Shown piece after piece: positions 63,269 through 64,000 of a stretch of 64,000 nucleotides of DNA; within the stretch, counting starts at the first letter, position 1, and each line of letters opens with the position of its first letter. This stretch comes from Alphaproteobacteria bacterium. GTDB taxonomy: Bacteria > Pseudomonadota > Alphaproteobacteria > GCA-2731375. Where the stretch lies: contig CBDDPY010000002.1 in the NCBI GenBank assembly GCA_965232515.1, forward strand, positions 4,384,001 through 4,448,000, written 5' to 3'. Under the pieces are notes generated by a model. The model was not told the DNA's origin, ran no database searches, and worked only from the letters and a program-made list of their open reading frames with translations. The position numbers and the translations under genes are program-made.

Positions 63269-63787
63269 TCAGGCGGCTTTTTTCGTCCGTGACCGGTGGA
63301 AATGGGTGAGTACGAGTGCTGCGGCATCAAAGATGCCCATACGTCGATCTTCAGGCGTCCAAAGCTTGCGTTTCTCGGGCAGCAGTGGTGAGAGCTCCTC
63401 GTAGAGACGAGCGATCTCTACAGCGATCTCATGCTTATTCGACGCACCAATACGTGCGAACGCCGTAAGGATCTCGGCCCGCGAATAGCATTTGAGCGCA
63501 ACGTGGTGGATGGCGGATTGTCGCGCGATTGCCCGGATGAGGCGCGTGATGCGCTTCCCCTTATGTGAGCCGGCGCCAGCGGGATTCTCAAGCACCACGA
63601 GGTCCGGCTCGAACCACGTGAGGAGCGCGTCAAACTGCTTCAGGTTGTCGGACTGCTCTCGGCTCGGGATGTGCTTGACGCCCCAATCGATGAGCCGGAG
63701 CGGTCCTTCAAAGATCGCGAAGCCGAATCCATGGGTCGTCGGGAACACCCCGACGGTGCGACGTACCCCTTTTTGTCTATGTATCAT
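63269..63787 (-). CDS. RuvC/RNase H-like fold protein
   Basis: VGVFPTTHGFGFAIFE..LIDWG..PDLVVLE..SNKHEIA..FDAAAL pattern resembles RuvC. Confidence 0.6.
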   Translation of the reverse strand: MIHRQKGVRRTVGVFPTTHGFGFAIFEGPLRLIDWGVKHIPSREQSDNLKQFDALLTWFEPDLVVLENPAGAGSHKGKRITRLIRAIARQSAIHHVALKCYSRAEILTAFARIGASNKHEIAVEIARLYEELSPLLPEKRKLWTPEDRRMGIFDAAALVLTHFHRSRTKKAA

Positions 63788-64000
63788 TGACTTGGTGCGG
63801 ACCGTGGATCATCCATGATGCGCCGCAACGCCGAAAGCTTACGCTCGAGTTGTGGCGAAGGCTCGCGGAGCTCAAGCTGCGCATAGAGGATGTGGGCCCG
63901 CTCGATGATGGCTAATTCGACCTCGTCGTACACGCCGGCAAAGAGATCTGACACGGGCGCCTTGAACAGCACCTCGTAGGCAAGCGCTGTCTTGAGCAGC
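63784..64000 (-). CDS. Probable XRE-type HTH protein, 5' end outside the window
   Basis: LLKTALAYEVLFKAPVSDLFAG resembles the last helices of an XRE domain; stop overlaps the next start. Confidence 0.5.
   Translation of the reverse strand, partial: LLKTALAYEVLFKAPVSDLFAGVYDEVELAIIERAHILYAQLELREPSPQLERKLSALRRIMDDPRSAPSQ

Larger units (their letters stand above)
55950..64000. mobile_element. Integrative element (IME/genomic island) inserted in comM; right end outside the window
   Basis: Truncated comM, large serine recombinase at the boundary, lower GC, tyrosine recombinase, ArdC and DUF3768. Confidence 0.9.

Overview
High-GC alphaproteobacterial chromosome; the gene order looks Rhodospirillales-like, which is an inference. 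Positions 1 to ~55.9 kb are mostly conserved core genes around the likely replication origin: rho-hemJ-hemH-hemE | oriC | PPDK regulator-maf-aroE-coaE-dnaQ, secB/fxsA/tim44/mltA/smr, hslUV, hisBHAF-hisE, nth, dapB-dnaJ-dnaK-grpE-hrcA, rph-rdgB-hemW and rsmI-yraN-gshB. Several insertions interrupt this backbone: an orphan gene beside oriC, lutABC, sixA plus CYTH/CHAD inside the his cluster, and a VapBC/TauE/map islet. At ~55950 the comM/yifB gene is cut off at its MNP(C) codons by an integrated, lower-GC element that runs off the window end. The element carries a large serine recombinase whose reading frame crosses the att junction, an AT-rich tract, a DUF3800 (RNase H-like) gene, a catalytic-domain-only tyrosine recombinase, a lipoprotein and an HTH/RuvC-like/ArdC/Zn-ribbon/DUF3768 operon. 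The DUF3800 gene is flanked by two candidate structured non-coding RNAs and an antisense-overlapping small membrane ORF, and this cassette is the best candidate for an undescribed system. No rRNA, tRNA or CRISPR array was recognised. All calls come from reading motifs by eye; no database search or RNA folding was run.
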